Shown one piece after another: positions 29,632 through 41,246 of a DNA stretch of 64,000 nt. Both the position numbers and the translations under genes were made by a program. Under the pieces are notes generated by a model. The model was not told where the DNA came from. It saw only the letters and a program-made list of their open reading frames with translations, and ran no database searches. The stretch is from a virus. The number at the start of each line of letters is the position of its first letter. Within the stretch, counting starts at the first letter, position 1. The stretch spans positions 32,001 to 96,000 of the IMG/VR virus record IMGVR_UViG_3300020202_000062; one strand, written 5' to 3'.

Positions 29632-30172
29632 TCGCTTTCTCCAACTTCTCCTGGATGCGGTTGATCATAAAGTTCAAATTGAAATCTATATGATCTCGAT
29701 TTGCTTCAAGATAATCACAGATCACACCGTGCTTTTTCAGCAGGTTTTTGAGTGCTTCGTCAATGACAATTGCCTCTTCTTCTGTCTGTGTTCTACCTTT
29801 TGGATTGTAGGTCCTACTCTTATGTCTTTTCAAAAACACGTTGTAGTTGTTAAACGTATTGAAGGTATGTAACACAAACCTCTCAAACTCAGGACCCCAA
29901 TGCTTGCCGTATTCTAAGAGCAAGAAGAGTGGCGAGTCTGTAACGATGACATCTACCTTGTCATCTAGAATAAACTGCTTATGGTGCTGCTTCCCCAAGA
30001 GGTACAACTGATCCTTAAGGACTGCTATACTCTCTTCCCAAACCTTATGCTTGGCGAATTCCGAAACTAGCTCGCAGTTATAACCGCGCCACTTGAGTTC
30101 GGCAAACAACTGTGCTGCCGTAGTGCTCTTCCCTGTTCCGGGACCGCCATATAGGTTAACTACTAGGGCCAT
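29624..30172 (-). CDS. P-loop kinase (NadR/AAA_28-like)
   Basis: 'NLYGGPGTGKST', 'VTDSP', 'GRTQ'. Confidence 0.8.
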   Translation of the reverse strand: MALVVNLYGGPGTGKSTTAAQLFAELKWRGYNCELVSEFAKHKVWEESIAVLKDQLYLLGKQHHKQFILDDKVDVIVTDSPLFLLLEYGKHWGPEFERFVLHTFNTFNNYNVFLKRHKSRTYNPKGRTQTEEEAIVIDEALKNLLKKHGVICDYLEANRDHIDFNLNFMINRIQEKLEKANA

Positions 30173-30971
30173 CTTCGTCCTCGTCTTCGAAGTCTTCGGG
30201 ATCTAAGATCTCGTTGGTCAGAGTGTTTAGGTAGCGGCCATCCTCTAATGCGACTAGGCCAGTTTTACCAATTTCCATGTAATCTTTTTCCATTATATCA
30301 CCACCGATCCTAGCACAAGTAGAACACCGAGTAGCACCACAGTAGCAATGAATATCATTAGCCAATTGGGTCCACCACCCCCGAACATGCTGTGCTCTTC
30401 TTTTTCGTATAGTTTCATAACTTCCCTAAGGCCGTGGAACTCTGGCTCTCTAAACTCTAAGCCACAGCACCCTCCAGCCCTAAGGAAGTATCTGTTGTGC
30501 AGGTGAGGCTTGGTGTAGTGATAGATTCTCAACTGCACGTTAGACTCATCTGCGTCGTAATACGAGATTGAATCCGCTTCTACCTGGCTCATTATTCGTT
30601 GTATACCTTGATGGGATTCCAGTTGGGATTGTCCAACTTCTCCTGCATGTCGGCAACATACGAATCCCAATCGCGTTCGTCTTCGGTCTTAGATTCTCTC
30701 TGAATCGATCCTCGGAACGGATTGCGACCATACTTAGTGATGATGACGCGGCCTTCCTGAGTCCTCCATCGGAGAACGCCCTGGGTGCACTGACAAAAGT
30801 CATCCAAGTGTGGATCGATCTTGCCGTTCATGTCGAATCTACCACTGCATGAGTTGGGTAGTGGGCATGCTGAAGTGCCCTTCTTACTGCATCTACCACA
30901 CGCTGTGCAAGTCTCCCAGCACCCCCGTGTAGAAGGATCTCTATATGTGCCTGGTGCGGCCATCTGTACTC

Positions 30972-33900
30972 CTAAACCATATTCTCGATGTTATTGAGGG
31001 CAACGATGGTTTGCAGCCTATCTTCTACTTCGATAGAAGTGCTAGCCTTAAACTTGATCGTTACCCTGTGAGTCCCTTCGGGGTATTCGTAATACACCGG
31101 AGAGTCACCATTCACGCTATTGATTATAGCACTTATCTTGTGAATCTGCTGCTCTGTCAACTTAGAATTACCCTTCAAGAAGATGGGCCTGCTACCCCTT
31201 AGGTATGCGGCGTCCATCTTAGAGAAATCCAAGTAGTATATCTTGTAGATCGCACTCTCATCTTCGCCCTCCTTAGCAACCGTACCTTGTAGGATTCCGA
31301 TTTCGCCTGTCTGGAAGAAGTCCTCTGAGACCTTGTCGGCATTGTTGGGGAATACGATTACCTCAACCTCGCCGGTAAGATCACTGAACGTCAAGTAGTA
31401 CATCTTCTTGCCGCTCTTGGTTGTCTTCTTCTTTACTGATGTTATGATTCCGGCGACCTTCACAATACCCATCGTCTCTTCTAGGTCAGACAAGACTGTG
31501 TTGGTCTGGTTCTCTAGGTAATCCCACACCTCCAATAGAGGATGGTCTGTTACGTAGATGCCCAACTCATCCTTCTCGCGATTCAAGAGATCAATCTTGA
31601 TCTGCCTGTCTACTCTGGGCTGCTTGAACCAGTCAGGAATGATTTCGTCAAAGGCACCTGAGCCTGCAAGGTGGTCCATAGTTCTCTTATTGAGTAGGAC
31701 TGGATCACACTTACGTAGGAAGTCATAGATGCTCGTGTACTCCCTGTCTTCTTCTCTCAGCATGGCGTTAACCATAGCGTCACCCATACCTTCAATAGCG
31801 CCAAGACCAAAGAGAATCTGCTTCTCTCCTGAGACTGTGAAATCTCTCTCTGAGCGCCTGATAGATGGCGACTGAACCTCTAGACCTAGCCTTCTGCACT
31901 CGTTCAAGTAGAGCGACAACTTGTCCTTACTGTCCGTAACACTAGACAGTAGGGCGGCCATATACTCTTCTGGGTAATGAGTCTTCAGGTAGGCCGTAAC
32001 GTAAGACACCATAGCGTACGATGCTGCGTGAGCACGGTTGAATCCGTATCCACCGAAGTATTCGATGTCTGAATAGATCTTGTCAGATATATTCTGAGCA
32101 ACATCGGCCACCGTTTTAGCACCCTTTACGAATGCCTCACGGAACTGACCGATCTTATCCATTTGTTTCTTGCCGATAGCCTTACGAAGATCGTCAGCCT
32201 CACCCACCGTGAAGCCTGCTAGTGTCTTGGCTACATTGAGTACATCCTCCTGGTAAAGCATAACTCCATATGATGGATCTAGCACTTCCTTAAGGATTGG
32301 ATGAGGATATGAGACCTTTTCTCTGCCGTGCTTACGGTTGATGAACATCTTATCCATGTCTGATCCGAGCGGACCAGGACGATATAGTGAGATGAGTGCC
32401 ATGACATCAGAGATGTCTGTAGGCTGTAGCGCAAGCATCATTGATCGCATACCTGGCGACTCTAACTGGAAGATGCCAACACAGTTGCCTTGTTTTAGTT
32501 GCATATACGTTGGCTCGTCATCAATCGGAATGTCGTCAACTTCGATATCTATACCACGATACCTCTTAACATTGTTAACGCACATGTCGATGACACCAAG
32601 GTTACGTAATCCTAGGAAGTCGATCTTAAGTAGACCGTTCTGCTCTACTCGGTTCATATCCCATTGGCTTACGATGATGTCTTTGTTCTTGCCACCGACC
32701 ATTACAGGGACGTAATCTGTGACTGGATCACGAGAGATGATTACTCCCGCAGCGTGAATTCCAGGTTGTCTATATACTCCCTCAAGGCCTTTTGCAACAT
32801 CAATGATGTGTCTGGCCTCAGGGTCATCTCTGTAGGCTTTAGCCATGTCTGCGGTTGCAAGTGATTCTTCAATGCTCTTAGTGACTCCAAGTACCGGGTC
32901 GGGCACCATCTTGGCCACCTTGTCACCGATTGCATACTCATATCCCAATACCCGTGCTGCGTCTCTAATAGCAGACTTCGCGCCGACTTGGCTGAAGGTG
33001 CAGATATGTGCGACGTGGTCAGCACCATACCGTTCGCGAGCATAGTTGATGACCTTTTCTCGGTGTCGATCATCGAAGTCGAGATCGATATCTGGCATGG
33101 ACTTTCGTCCCTCCACCAAGAAGCGTTCGAACATGAGTCCAAACTTAATAGGATCAAGATTGGTAATGCGTAGTGCGTATGAAAGGATACTTCCAGCAGC
33201 GCTGCCTCGACCCCATCCCACTCGGATACCGTTAGCCTTAGCCCATCCAACCAAGTCTGAAACCACAAGGAAGTAGTCTCCGAATCCCATTCGCCCGACA
33301 ACACCCAACTCATGAAGTGTTCTCTCTCGTACTTCGTCAGGGATGGGATCACCGTACCGTTCTTTGATGCCTTCCCAGACCTTTTCTTCGAGATATTTAG
33401 TTCTATCCACCTCCTTAGGAAGAGGGAATTCGGGGAAGTATAGTTCTCCAAACTTGAGATCGACATTTACCATCTCTCCAATTAAGCAGGTGTTCTCTAG
33501 CCACTCTTCATCGAAGGTTCCTACCATTTCTTCGTAGGACTTCAGATAGAAGTCTGGTCCATTGAACTTGAAGCGGTTCTCTTGGTCTACAGTAGCGCCG
33601 GTAGACACACACAGCATGGCATCGTGCGCCTCTGCGTCGTGCTTGTGGACGTAGTGGCAGTCTCCCGTAGGAACAACCTTAGCGCCAATCATCTTAGCGA
33701 TTCTTAGAGTATCTTCTTTTACTCTATGCTGCTCTTCTAGACCGTGATCCTGGATCTCGATGAAGTAGTTCTCTTTACCTACGATATCCTGCATCTTACT
33801 AGCCACGTCTAGAGCGGCCTCAAAGTCGCCACGAAGCAACGCCTGCTGGACTGCCCCATTGAGGCATCCGGAGAGCACTATGAGGCCCTCAGCGTGCTCT

Positions 33901-34307
33901 GAGAGCAAGTCTAGATCAATACGAGGCTTAACGTAGTAGCCTTCTAGGTATGACCTGGACGAGAGTTTGATGAGGTTCTTATAACCATCCATATTCTTAG
34001 CAAGAATGCTGAGATGGTACGGGCCTCTCTGGTCCCATTCGTTACGTGCGGGACCTGCACGTTCTTCTTCGTCACGATCGAACCTCGTCTTACGTGCCTG
34101 GTAAGCCTCTAAACCAAGGATGGGTTTGATATCATGCTTCTTGCACGCATCATAGAAATCGGGCCAACCATGAAGGTTGCCGTGATCAGTGATCGACAGC
34201 GCAGGCTGACCCAACTCTTTTGCTCGCTTGGCATAGGATTCGCACTGACCGTGTCCGTCTAACATACTAAAGACGGAATGGTTATGCAGATTCACCCAAT
34301 TCTTCAA
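30972..34307 (-). CDS. dnaE: DNA polymerase III alpha subunit
   Basis: PHP 'LHNHSVFSMLDG', 'GRGSAAGS', 'PDIDLDF', 'GLLKIDFLGL', 'FNRAHA'. Confidence 0.97.
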   Translation of the reverse strand: MKNWVNLHNHSVFSMLDGHGQCESYAKRAKELGQPALSITDHGNLHGWPDFYDACKKHDIKPILGLEAYQARKTRFDRDEEERAGPARNEWDQRGPYHLSILAKNMDGYKNLIKLSSRSYLEGYYVKPRIDLDLLSEHAEGLIVLSGCLNGAVQQALLRGDFEAALDVASKMQDIVGKENYFIEIQDHGLEEQHRVKEDTLRIAKMIGAKVVPTGDCHYVHKHDAEAHDAMLCVSTGATVDQENRFKFNGPDFYLKSYEEMVGTFDEEWLENTCLIGEMVNVDLKFGELYFPEFPLPKEVDRTKYLEEKVWEGIKERYGDPIPDEVRERTLHELGVVGRMGFGDYFLVVSDLVGWAKANGIRVGWGRGSAAGSILSYALRITNLDPIKFGLMFERFLVEGRKSMPDIDLDFDDRHREKVINYARERYGADHVAHICTFSQVGAKSAIRDAARVLGYEYAIGDKVAKMVPDPVLGVTKSIEESLATADMAKAYRDDPEARHIIDVAKGLEGVYRQPGIHAAGVIISRDPVTDYVPVMVGGKNKDIIVSQWDMNRVEQNGLLKIDFLGLRNLGVIDMCVNNVKRYRGIDIEVDDIPIDDEPTYMQLKQGNCVGIFQLESPGMRSMMLALQPTDISDVMALISLYRPGPLGSDMDKMFINRKHGREKVSYPHPILKEVLDPSYGVMLYQEDVLNVAKTLAGFTVGEADDLRKAIGKKQMDKIGQFREAFVKGAKTVADVAQNISDKIYSDIEYFGGYGFNRAHAASYAMVSYVTAYLKTHYPEEYMAALLSSVTDSKDKLSLYLNECRRLGLEVQSPSIRRSERDFTVSGEKQILFGLGAIEGMGDAMVNAMLREEDREYTSIYDFLRKCDPVLLNKRTMDHLAGSGAFDEIIPDWFKQPRVDRQIKIDLLNREKDELGIYVTDHPLLEVWDYLENQTNTVLSDLEETMGIVKVAGIITSVKKKTTKSGKKMYYLTFSDLTGEVEVIVFPNNADKVSEDFFQTGEIGILQGTVAKEGEDESAIYKIYYLDFSKMDAAYLRGSRPIFLKGNSKLTEQQIHKISAIINSVNGDSPVYYEYPEGTHRVTIKFKASTSIEVEDRLQTIVALNNIENMV

Positions 34308-34962
34308 CGAATACTTCTCTCTCCTCGACTAACTTTGCCCACCATTCTACCACAGCAGGGACTTCTGTTGGGTATGGAATCGTATCGTGCGGCCAGAATT
34401 CTGTCTCGACTCCAGCAACTAGGATTCTAAAGTCGCAGGCAAAGACCTCAGCAGCACTGTTATGCCATCTGCCGGGGCTACCATGTCCATTGTGGGTTCC
34501 TGTGCGTAGTTCTGAGTAAGCATCTTCGAAAGGCTGCTCGTCCATACCGCGGATGATCTCTGCCCACCACTGAATATGATGCCCGTACTCATGAGCAACT
34601 AAATAGCGCGTCATGGCTGGATGAAGTGGGATCCTCTTGGCGCACAAGTAGATGTGGCTAGTTCTTGGGTATGAACCATCTTCACGCTGATTCCTATAAT
34701 CCCAGCACCGCTGAGAGAATCCATTCGTACGCCCAAGTTCGTCCTTGTTGGCGAGCCATAATGTTAATGGATTCAACGGCGGGAACTTCTCCACGCAGAT
34801 ATCTAAGATAGGCTGCGCGTGCTCTCTCTTGTGAGAGTAGCTTGGGATGGGGTCTAGTTCTGCTTTGCCACTCCACCCAGCATAAGCATGGTATGGTACG
34901 CCAGATCTATAGTCCCAGAAGAGATCCTCATCCCGAACTTCTTTAATTTCAACTTCAAACAT
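34282..34962 (-). CDS. Zincin-like metalloprotease domain protein
   Basis: 'VAHEYGHH' and 'EVFA'. Confidence 0.55.
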   Translation of the reverse strand: MFEVEIKEVRDEDLFWDYRSGVPYHAYAGWSGKAELDPIPSYSHKREHAQPILDICVEKFPPLNPLTLWLANKDELGRTNGFSQRCWDYRNQREDGSYPRTSHIYLCAKRIPLHPAMTRYLVAHEYGHHIQWWAEIIRGMDEQPFEDAYSELRTGTHNGHGSPGRWHNSAAEVFACDFRILVAGVETEFWPHDTIPYPTEVPAVVEWWAKLVEEREVFVEELGESA

Positions 34963-35230
34963 GGTTACTTTTCTTGCTCGGTTTCCAGAACTAGCGTCGG
35001 CCAGTCCTTGGACATTTCGGGCATTTCTTGTCCCTCTGGGACTTGAATCTTTGGATCTCTGGTGATGAATCGTATGATCTCTCTACTGGGGTCGATGTAC
35101 ACCCCAATGACCTCATCCTCTAGCCCAAGCCTCTTTGCAACATTCTCCCAAGTGAACGCCCAAGCGCACCTATACTTAGGTTGGCCCTTGTATTCTGGAA
35201 CGGGGTCCCATCCTTCTTCTATCTTTGCCA

Positions 35231-35404
35231 TTACTTGTTGTCCGTCCTATAGAATCCGCTACCCTTTAGGATAACTCCACCAAGCGAAAAGACTCTCTTC
35301 AGATCCCCATCACAACCTAGATGCTCACCGAATATGAGATCCGGTTCAGCATGCTCCACTGAAAGACCGCACTCTTTGCACTTGTATTCGTAAACTCTTG
35401 CCAT
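35231..35404 (-). CDS. FmdB-family zinc-ribbon protein (not in ORF track)
   Basis: Manual translation MARVYEYKCKECG...LKRVFSLGGVILKGSGFYRTDNK. Confidence 0.8.
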   Translation of the reverse strand: MARVYEYKCKECGLSVEHAEPDLIFGEHLGCDGDLKRVFSLGGVILKGSGFYRTDNK

Positions 35405-35653
35405 CGCCTTAGTCTTCGTCGTCGTAGTTGTTTCTGATGGTTGGATCTACTTTATCATGAGTGATGCCGATTCCACGACGTGAGTCCTGACGATTTAGAT
35501 ACTCATCACGATTTGCACGGGCGTCAATGATATGCACTACCCCACCACAGTACTTGCATGATGGGCGCATGAAGGAACTTCTCTCCATGTAAGACGCTGG
35601 CTGGTCTGACTTACACTCGATACAGATACCGATATATTCTCTTCCGTCTGCCA

Positions 35654-35931
35654 TTACTTTCTCTTTCCTTTTCTCTTTCCACCTGGCTTTATTGCACTAA
35701 CTGTTTTGGTGCCCTTAGGTGGCTTGACGTATTTAGACTTAGATGGGCCAACACCGAACCCCATACCTCCACTGGACACAGGCATTACTTATTCTTCCTG
35801 TCACTTTTCGTCCCATCCTTGATTTGCTTTAGATGGGTCTTAGCATTACTGTCAGTGGTCTTGGGTGTGTATGATTTGGCGTAACCGTTTGTCTTAAACG
35901 GCTTCCAAGTTGGACTCTTTGCTTTAGCCAT
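35654..35931 (-). CDS. Two small Lys-rich proteins (35785-35931, 48 aa; 35654-35785, 43 aa)
   Basis: Manual translation; TAATG overlaps; AAGGAG SD upstream of 35931. Confidence 0.55.
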
Positions 35932-35969
35932 GTATATCTCCTTAGATAGGTTTATACTAGACTAGTAAC

Positions 35970-37178
35970 CTAGTCCTTACGTTTATACCCGAAACGTATA
36001 GGTGATGGCGAGGCTGTCTCGTCTGTCTCTAACAGTTTACCATTGATCTCTACCCATTTCCTCTTGGCTTCAAGAGAACAGTCTCCACACCCTACGCCTG
36101 CACCGTTGGCACGTTCGCATGAGTATGGTCGCCCACCGATACCTAGTTCGCGCCGCCTAATCCAGTCCTGAATGTGAGCGTTCGAACGCTCCCAACTGTA
36201 GTCGGAGCAGTTCTTTAGGATTTCGTGGAGGTAGAAGAGGGCTTCCTCGTTGTACGAAAGGATTGATAGAAGGAAGAGTCTTGCCTCATGTGGGAGATCC
36301 TTGTTCTCTTCGGCATACTTCCACCAATCGAGAATAGCGTGGCAGCCGTCGAAAAGAGATTTAGGATCGAAGTCCCTATCCTTGTCGACCTTCTTGAGCA
36401 TCTTTGTCCCATGCTTTGCAAACCTCTCTAGTAGGTCTTGGGTTGTGTAACTCTTGCCTTGCTTTTCTTCCTCTAACCGATATGTAAATTCCCTGTACCA
36501 TTCGTTAGACTTATAGTCGAAGGACTGCTCTGGTACAGGTATTGGGTCGGGAAGTCTTGCTCCCTCTTTGATTGCATCCACAGATCCAGAGAGTAAGAGA
36601 TCTTCGGATAACTCAAACTTATATAGTCCTGTGACTTGATGTCGAGTGTAGGGGATTCTCCACATTCTTCTAGAATCGTACACTTGGAAGTCCAGAGTTT
36701 CGAGTCTAATCTCGTCTCTAACCCGCCCTGCAATAAATCTAAACACGCTCGCAAGGTTCGGTCCTGGGGTAATACCCAAGGCGATAGGCTCACACTCAAT
36801 ATGGAATCCCTTATATCCAGTGAAATAAACTCTAATCGCGCTGGATGGAATTGACTCGCGAAGTCTCTCATACAGTCGTATGGCATCGCCCAATGAGGCT
36901 CCAAGGTCAGGTGAATCGAGATCGAAGTAAAGTGGTCCAAGTGGAATACTATTGTCGACGCTGGGTCGGTTGTATTGCCATACACTTGTATAGACTCCCG
37001 TGTGATTATACTGTTCGGAGAATCTAGAAATGTCTCCAATATCCCAGAAGACTGGGGCTTTATCATTCTTCGGTCCTTCCTGGATCCTAACCACACGCTC
37101 AAGATTAGGCATGTATGCCATGACCTCTACGTATTTGAACTGGCTAGTGTACTTACTCTTGTCATTGGGAAGCCTCAT
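35970..37178 (-). CDS. Archaeo-eukaryotic-type primase with C-terminal PriL-like region
   Basis: 'LYFDLD', 'FTGYKGFHI', 'D.QVYDSRRMWRIP.T.H', 'H.ARLFL', 'PYSC...C..C'. Confidence 0.82.
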   Translation of the reverse strand: MRLPNDKSKYTSQFKYVEVMAYMPNLERVVRIQEGPKNDKAPVFWDIGDISRFSEQYNHTGVYTSVWQYNRPSVDNSIPLGPLYFDLDSPDLGASLGDAIRLYERLRESIPSSAIRVYFTGYKGFHIECEPIALGITPGPNLASVFRFIAGRVRDEIRLETLDFQVYDSRRMWRIPYTRHQVTGLYKFELSEDLLLSGSVDAIKEGARLPDPIPVPEQSFDYKSNEWYREFTYRLEEEKQGKSYTTQDLLERFAKHGTKMLKKVDKDRDFDPKSLFDGCHAILDWWKYAEENKDLPHEARLFLLSILSYNEEALFYLHEILKNCSDYSWERSNAHIQDWIRRRELGIGGRPYSCERANGAGVGCGDCSLEAKRKWVEINGKLLETDETASPSPIRFGYKRKD

Positions 37179-37490
37179 TCGACCTCGGCCTTACCTTCTG
37201 TCTCGCCCTCTTTCCAGAGGACTTGTTTCTTCCATCTAAAGTTGTCTTTGTGAAGTTTGGCGTATGTAACTTCCAGAAGGAATTGCTCCATACCTCGGAG
37301 CAATCCCAACCTCTTACTTAGTCTTATCTCTTTTTCCACTTATCCACCAATGCCATCGCTAGTGGTCTCCATAGTCCTGTGCGCTTGCACTCAATGCAGA
37401 CGTATGAATACTCCACATACTTATCGCTCAACTCTGAAATGTAGACGTAGATCGGCTCACCGCAGGAGCAGTTTATGCCAACCTTCCATC

Positions 37491-38168
37491 TTACTTCTTC
37501 TTGAGAAGCCATCTCTCTTCCTCTACTTCTTCACCATCTAAGATGTAGTGCAACTTAGAACAAAGGTGATCAGCAATATGGAGGATCATTTCCATATTAT
37601 TGATTGGAACTGTCTCCGGGATTGGTGACCATGGCCCTCGGTGAGTGCGAATAAGTCGGAGGATATTATACGCCAGGTCATCACCAATGTACAAAGTAGA
37701 AGACTGGCTTTCATTGGCAAATGCTTGATCGTCTGCTCGGACTAACCTAACCAACTCATCCACGGTGTATGGATACATGGGATCATATTTGGGAAACTGA
37801 CCCTCTGTGCCATCGTCAATGAACTTTGTCACATCGTGAAGAATGGCAGCCGCAATAAGTACGTCTTTCTCATCTTGAGTAGTGCTGTAAGAATCTGCCA
37901 GCAGAGATACTGCACGTACCACCCTGCGGGTATGAAGAAGGAGTCCGCCATAGTCTCCTTCGTCTGGAGGGAAAGTCCCATCGTATGTTGATGGAGCATC
38001 CCAGAAGCATCCTGCTCGTAGCATGATCGCACGGACGAAATATTTGACTCCTTGATCTTCAATAAGATCAATCTCATCCAACAATGGCATGAGAATGTAG
38101 TTCTCTTTCTCAAAGTCAGATAGTTCTGTTTCGTCCGTGTTAATGATGTCATCTAGCATCTTACTCAT
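37491..38168 (-). CDS. HD-domain phosphohydrolase
   Basis: 'GGLLLHT', 'ILHDVTK', 'HIAD'. Confidence 0.85.
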   Translation of the reverse strand: MSKMLDDIINTDETELSDFEKENYILMPLLDEIDLIEDQGVKYFVRAIMLRAGCFWDAPSTYDGTFPPDEGDYGGLLLHTRRVVRAVSLLADSYSTTQDEKDVLIAAAILHDVTKFIDDGTEGQFPKYDPMYPYTVDELVRLVRADDQAFANESQSSTLYIGDDLAYNILRLIRTHRGPWSPIPETVPINNMEMILHIADHLCSKLHYILDGEEVEEERWLLKKK

Positions 38169-38312
38169 AGTCGCCCTCCTGCGTCTGGCTTAGTTTCTCA
38201 TACGCCCTGTACATAGTGGCTATGGATTGTCTCATGAGGGTGTGTGGCGAAACTCCCTGATACTGTGCTATCAGAATAGCCATTTGGGTAGTCTCTTCGT
38301 CTAACAAAAATC

Positions 38313-39140
38313 CTAATCGCATACTTCTGGCCATGCCTTCCAGGTAGAACAAGGTTTGTCGAACGGACATCCCTTACAGTACTGAATCAGTCCACGACGC
38401 GAGGCGAATACTTTACGTCCGTGCACTTCTGTCCACGCTTCGTTGGCCCAATAGTTTAGAGCGGCGATATCCTCTGGGTTTACATCCGCTATATTGAACC
38501 CCGGATGAGTAGAGGCTAGATCATATAGACCATACTGGACGTTCAGAGTCTTTCCCTCGTTCCGGTAGTCGAAGGCTACCTTTAGGGCGGCGAAGTCCAG
38601 AATCATTGACCCTGGTGATGGGCGCTTCACCTTAGATGACCATTTAATAACACGGTACTGATCCTTGGTTCGTAAGACTAAATCGAACTCACCAGTAAGG
38701 TGTATGTTCCTGCGTAGTGGCACCGTAAAAGACTCACCAATTAGAAGCGGGATGCTTGGATCGTTGGTGAAGTCTTCGTAGAAGTTAAGCAGTGCTGCGG
38801 CAGCATCAGTGCTGTACGATGCCTGGTTCTTGTAGAACGATTCGTGCTGCTCTACAGCGATGTCATAAGCCGTGGTGTCCTTGTTGAACCACAACTTCTC
38901 CCATCTGTTAAGTAGAGCAGAATATGATGGTACTGAACCGGCCTGCTTCTTGTAGAAGAAGAATGTAACGACCTTCTTTAAGGTATTCTCAAACCTCATC
39001 GCCAAAAGATCACGCCCGTATATAGGTTCGTACTCTTTCTGTAGATGGCGATAGTCGTACAACCTCTCGCATGTCTGGAAGTCCTTGATGCCTTCTACAT
39101 CGACAGTCAAGAGATCTTCAATTACTAACTTTTTGTTCAT
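38313..39140 (-). CDS. Degenerate Cas4/RecB-like protein
   Basis: 'DFQTCER', 'LTGEFDLV', C-terminal CKGC..C; DxK motif absent. Confidence 0.6.
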   Translation of the reverse strand: MNKKLVIEDLLTVDVEGIKDFQTCERLYDYRHLQKEYEPIYGRDLLAMRFENTLKKVVTFFFYKKQAGSVPSYSALLNRWEKLWFNKDTTAYDIAVEQHESFYKNQASYSTDAAAALLNFYEDFTNDPSIPLLIGESFTVPLRRNIHLTGEFDLVLRTKDQYRVIKWSSKVKRPSPGSMILDFAALKVAFDYRNEGKTLNVQYGLYDLASTHPGFNIADVNPEDIAALNYWANEAWTEVHGRKVFASRRGLIQYCKGCPFDKPCSTWKAWPEVCD

Positions 39141-40597
39141 GAATGAAAGCCCCCATCCCCCAGGATGTCTTCAATTGATATTGGCCCGCTCTCATAAGCG
39201 GCGTCGTCAATGTCTGTGTCGAATTCGATGTATGATTTGATGCTATCGTCGTATCTTACTAGTGGCGGATTCAGAACAAACTCCGAACCTGTAATTCGAT
39301 TCTTTGGAACTTGCAATTGCATCACTAGATCGTCCTCTGCTTCGTCATCTGTGACGAGTTTCTTGGGCGTGATCATGATGATGACGGCACACTTCTGTAC
39401 GATGGCGATAGAGCCACCTACATCATACTGTTCGGCCACTTCGCGCTTCTCTTTTGCGGCCATAGTGTTCTGTTGTGCTGTGATAATGATTACACAGTTC
39501 ATGTCCCTAGCCAGGCGCTCAAGACGAATCATCATCATCTCGTAGTCAGCCCAGCGAGGACCATTACCCTTACCAAGCAGTGACTGAATAGTGTCAATAA
39601 CTACTACGTCAGGGATAACTTCGTTGTGTCCAATTATATCACGCAACCATCGCTCAAGGTCGTCAAAGTAGGAACTATCTGGATCGTGACGGACCATGAA
39701 TTTCTTGCCCCATTGAGTGAGGCGATCCTGAAATGTCTTAACCCTGCTCTTCTTCTCTTCTTCTGTCCACGTCTCAGCATTGGCATAGACGTTTTCCTTG
39801 ATTACCTGAGTAAACAGGATGGTTTCCCAATGGGCTTGTGCCTCTTCGTAGTTAACGAATAGCGTGGTGTAGCCAAGATCTGCCCAATGGTTGACCAAGT
39901 TCTTGGCTAACGTAGACTTACCTTTGCCGGATGGGGCCACGATAGCGTGGACAGCACCACGGAAGAAACCTCCGTTGTCTCTATAGCCCATAGCCCTATT
40001 CAACGATTTGAATGGTGTCGGCAGGAAGTCTGGCAACTTAGTCAACTCCCCTGCCCTAGATGCAATATCTATGGCGGTGGTGACAGGAGCCAATGGATCG
40101 TAATCTAAATCGCTCTCTAAGGAGCGAATCTGTTCCGTCAACTGAGAGATAGACTCAGCGTCTTTATCGTTCTTGTTGGCCTTCTTGGCCAGGAGTAGTT
40201 GCAACTCCTGTACAGCGTTTAACTGCTCTCGCTTGTTCGCTCGGTATCTGAGAACCTTAATTACAGATTCTACAGTTGATAACTCTTGCTCTAGAACAAA
40301 GTCCATGAAGGCACGTACTCCCCCGGCACCACCGAGGGAGTCTGTGATCTCTGTCTCTGAGTCCAGCCACGATCGGAAGGCAATAGGATCCACTGGATCC
40401 AGACCAGTCTTGTCGTGGAAGGTTAGCAACGCTTGATAGAACTCTCCTAGACCCGTATTGCCGTGGATCGTTCCCACCATGTGTGCAGGAAGTTGTTCTG
40501 CGAACGTTGAGATAGCCCCTTCTTCCTTAAAGGCCAGAGCGAATGCCTGATACTCCAAGGGGACTTCTTCATCTAAACTAATCGTCGTCTGATTCAT
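39137..40597 (-). CDS. DnaB-like replicative helicase
   Basis: 'APSGKGKST', 'FVNYEE', 'VVIDTIQ', 'TAQQ', 'KNR'. Confidence 0.88.
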   Translation of the reverse strand: MNQTTISLDEEVPLEYQAFALAFKEEGAISTFAEQLPAHMVGTIHGNTGLGEFYQALLTFHDKTGLDPVDPIAFRSWLDSETEITDSLGGAGGVRAFMDFVLEQELSTVESVIKVLRYRANKREQLNAVQELQLLLAKKANKNDKDAESISQLTEQIRSLESDLDYDPLAPVTTAIDIASRAGELTKLPDFLPTPFKSLNRAMGYRDNGGFFRGAVHAIVAPSGKGKSTLAKNLVNHWADLGYTTLFVNYEEAQAHWETILFTQVIKENVYANAETWTEEEKKSRVKTFQDRLTQWGKKFMVRHDPDSSYFDDLERWLRDIIGHNEVIPDVVVIDTIQSLLGKGNGPRWADYEMMMIRLERLARDMNCVIIITAQQNTMAAKEKREVAEQYDVGGSIAIVQKCAVIIMITPKKLVTDDEAEDDLVMQLQVPKNRITGSEFVLNPPLVRYDDSIKSYIEFDTDIDDAAYESGPISIEDILGDGGFHS

Positions 40598-41219
40598 TCT
40601 TCCTTTTATTCTTCATCTTTCGGTAGGTCTGTTTGCGGTAGTCGCTATTGCGCTGCTTCATTTTCTCGTAGAAGGGGTTGCCCTTCATAGTTCTTCTCTC
40701 CATTTTAGGTGCTTCGGGGGCTGACCTAATAGCCTCCAGCATCCTTTCAAAAACTGCATCGTCGGTCAGTTTATCACAGTACCTAAATACGATCAACGCA
40801 ATGCCCTGTTCTTTGCAGAGTTCTATCTTTCTCTCATCTCTTAACTGTCCCTGCTCGAAATCATACTTATCCTTGTGGAACAAGTTAGAGTAAAAGAAGT
40901 GCTGCCTTCCGTGGTATTCTGCTGCCAACTTATATTTAGGGCAATAGATATCCAGCATGAGGCGCTCACCGATATGGTGCTCATTGATGACTTCTTCGCC
41001 TGGAAGAAGTTTCTTCATGATGTCAGTTAGAGCGGCATGACCTCTGGATAACTTGCGGTCCTTCCTTCGTACCCACTCTAAGCCTAGTTGTTTGATTCTT
41101 TGTGATGTTTTGGCGGTGTTCCAATCTAGTTCCTTCGCTATGTCTGAGATTGACATGTTAGTGGTGAATAAAAGGTCTGTAAGGACTGCATCTTCGTCCC
41201 AGAAGTCTCCTGTATCCAT
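40578..41219 (-). CDS. HTH + Vsr/DUF559-like nuclease
   Basis: 'LDIYCP', 'AAEYHGRQH', 'RDERK...C...GI'. Confidence 0.72.
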   Translation of the reverse strand: MDTGDFWDEDAVLTDLLFTTNMSISDIAKELDWNTAKTSQRIKQLGLEWVRRKDRKLSRGHAALTDIMKKLLPGEEVINEHHIGERLMLDIYCPKYKLAAEYHGRQHFFYSNLFHKDKYDFEQGQLRDERKIELCKEQGIALIVFRYCDKLTDDAVFERMLEAIRSAPEAPKMERRTMKGNPFYEKMKQRNSDYRKQTYRKMKNKRKNESDDD

Positions 41220-41246
41220 GACTTCTTCCTTTCGATTAGTCTTAAG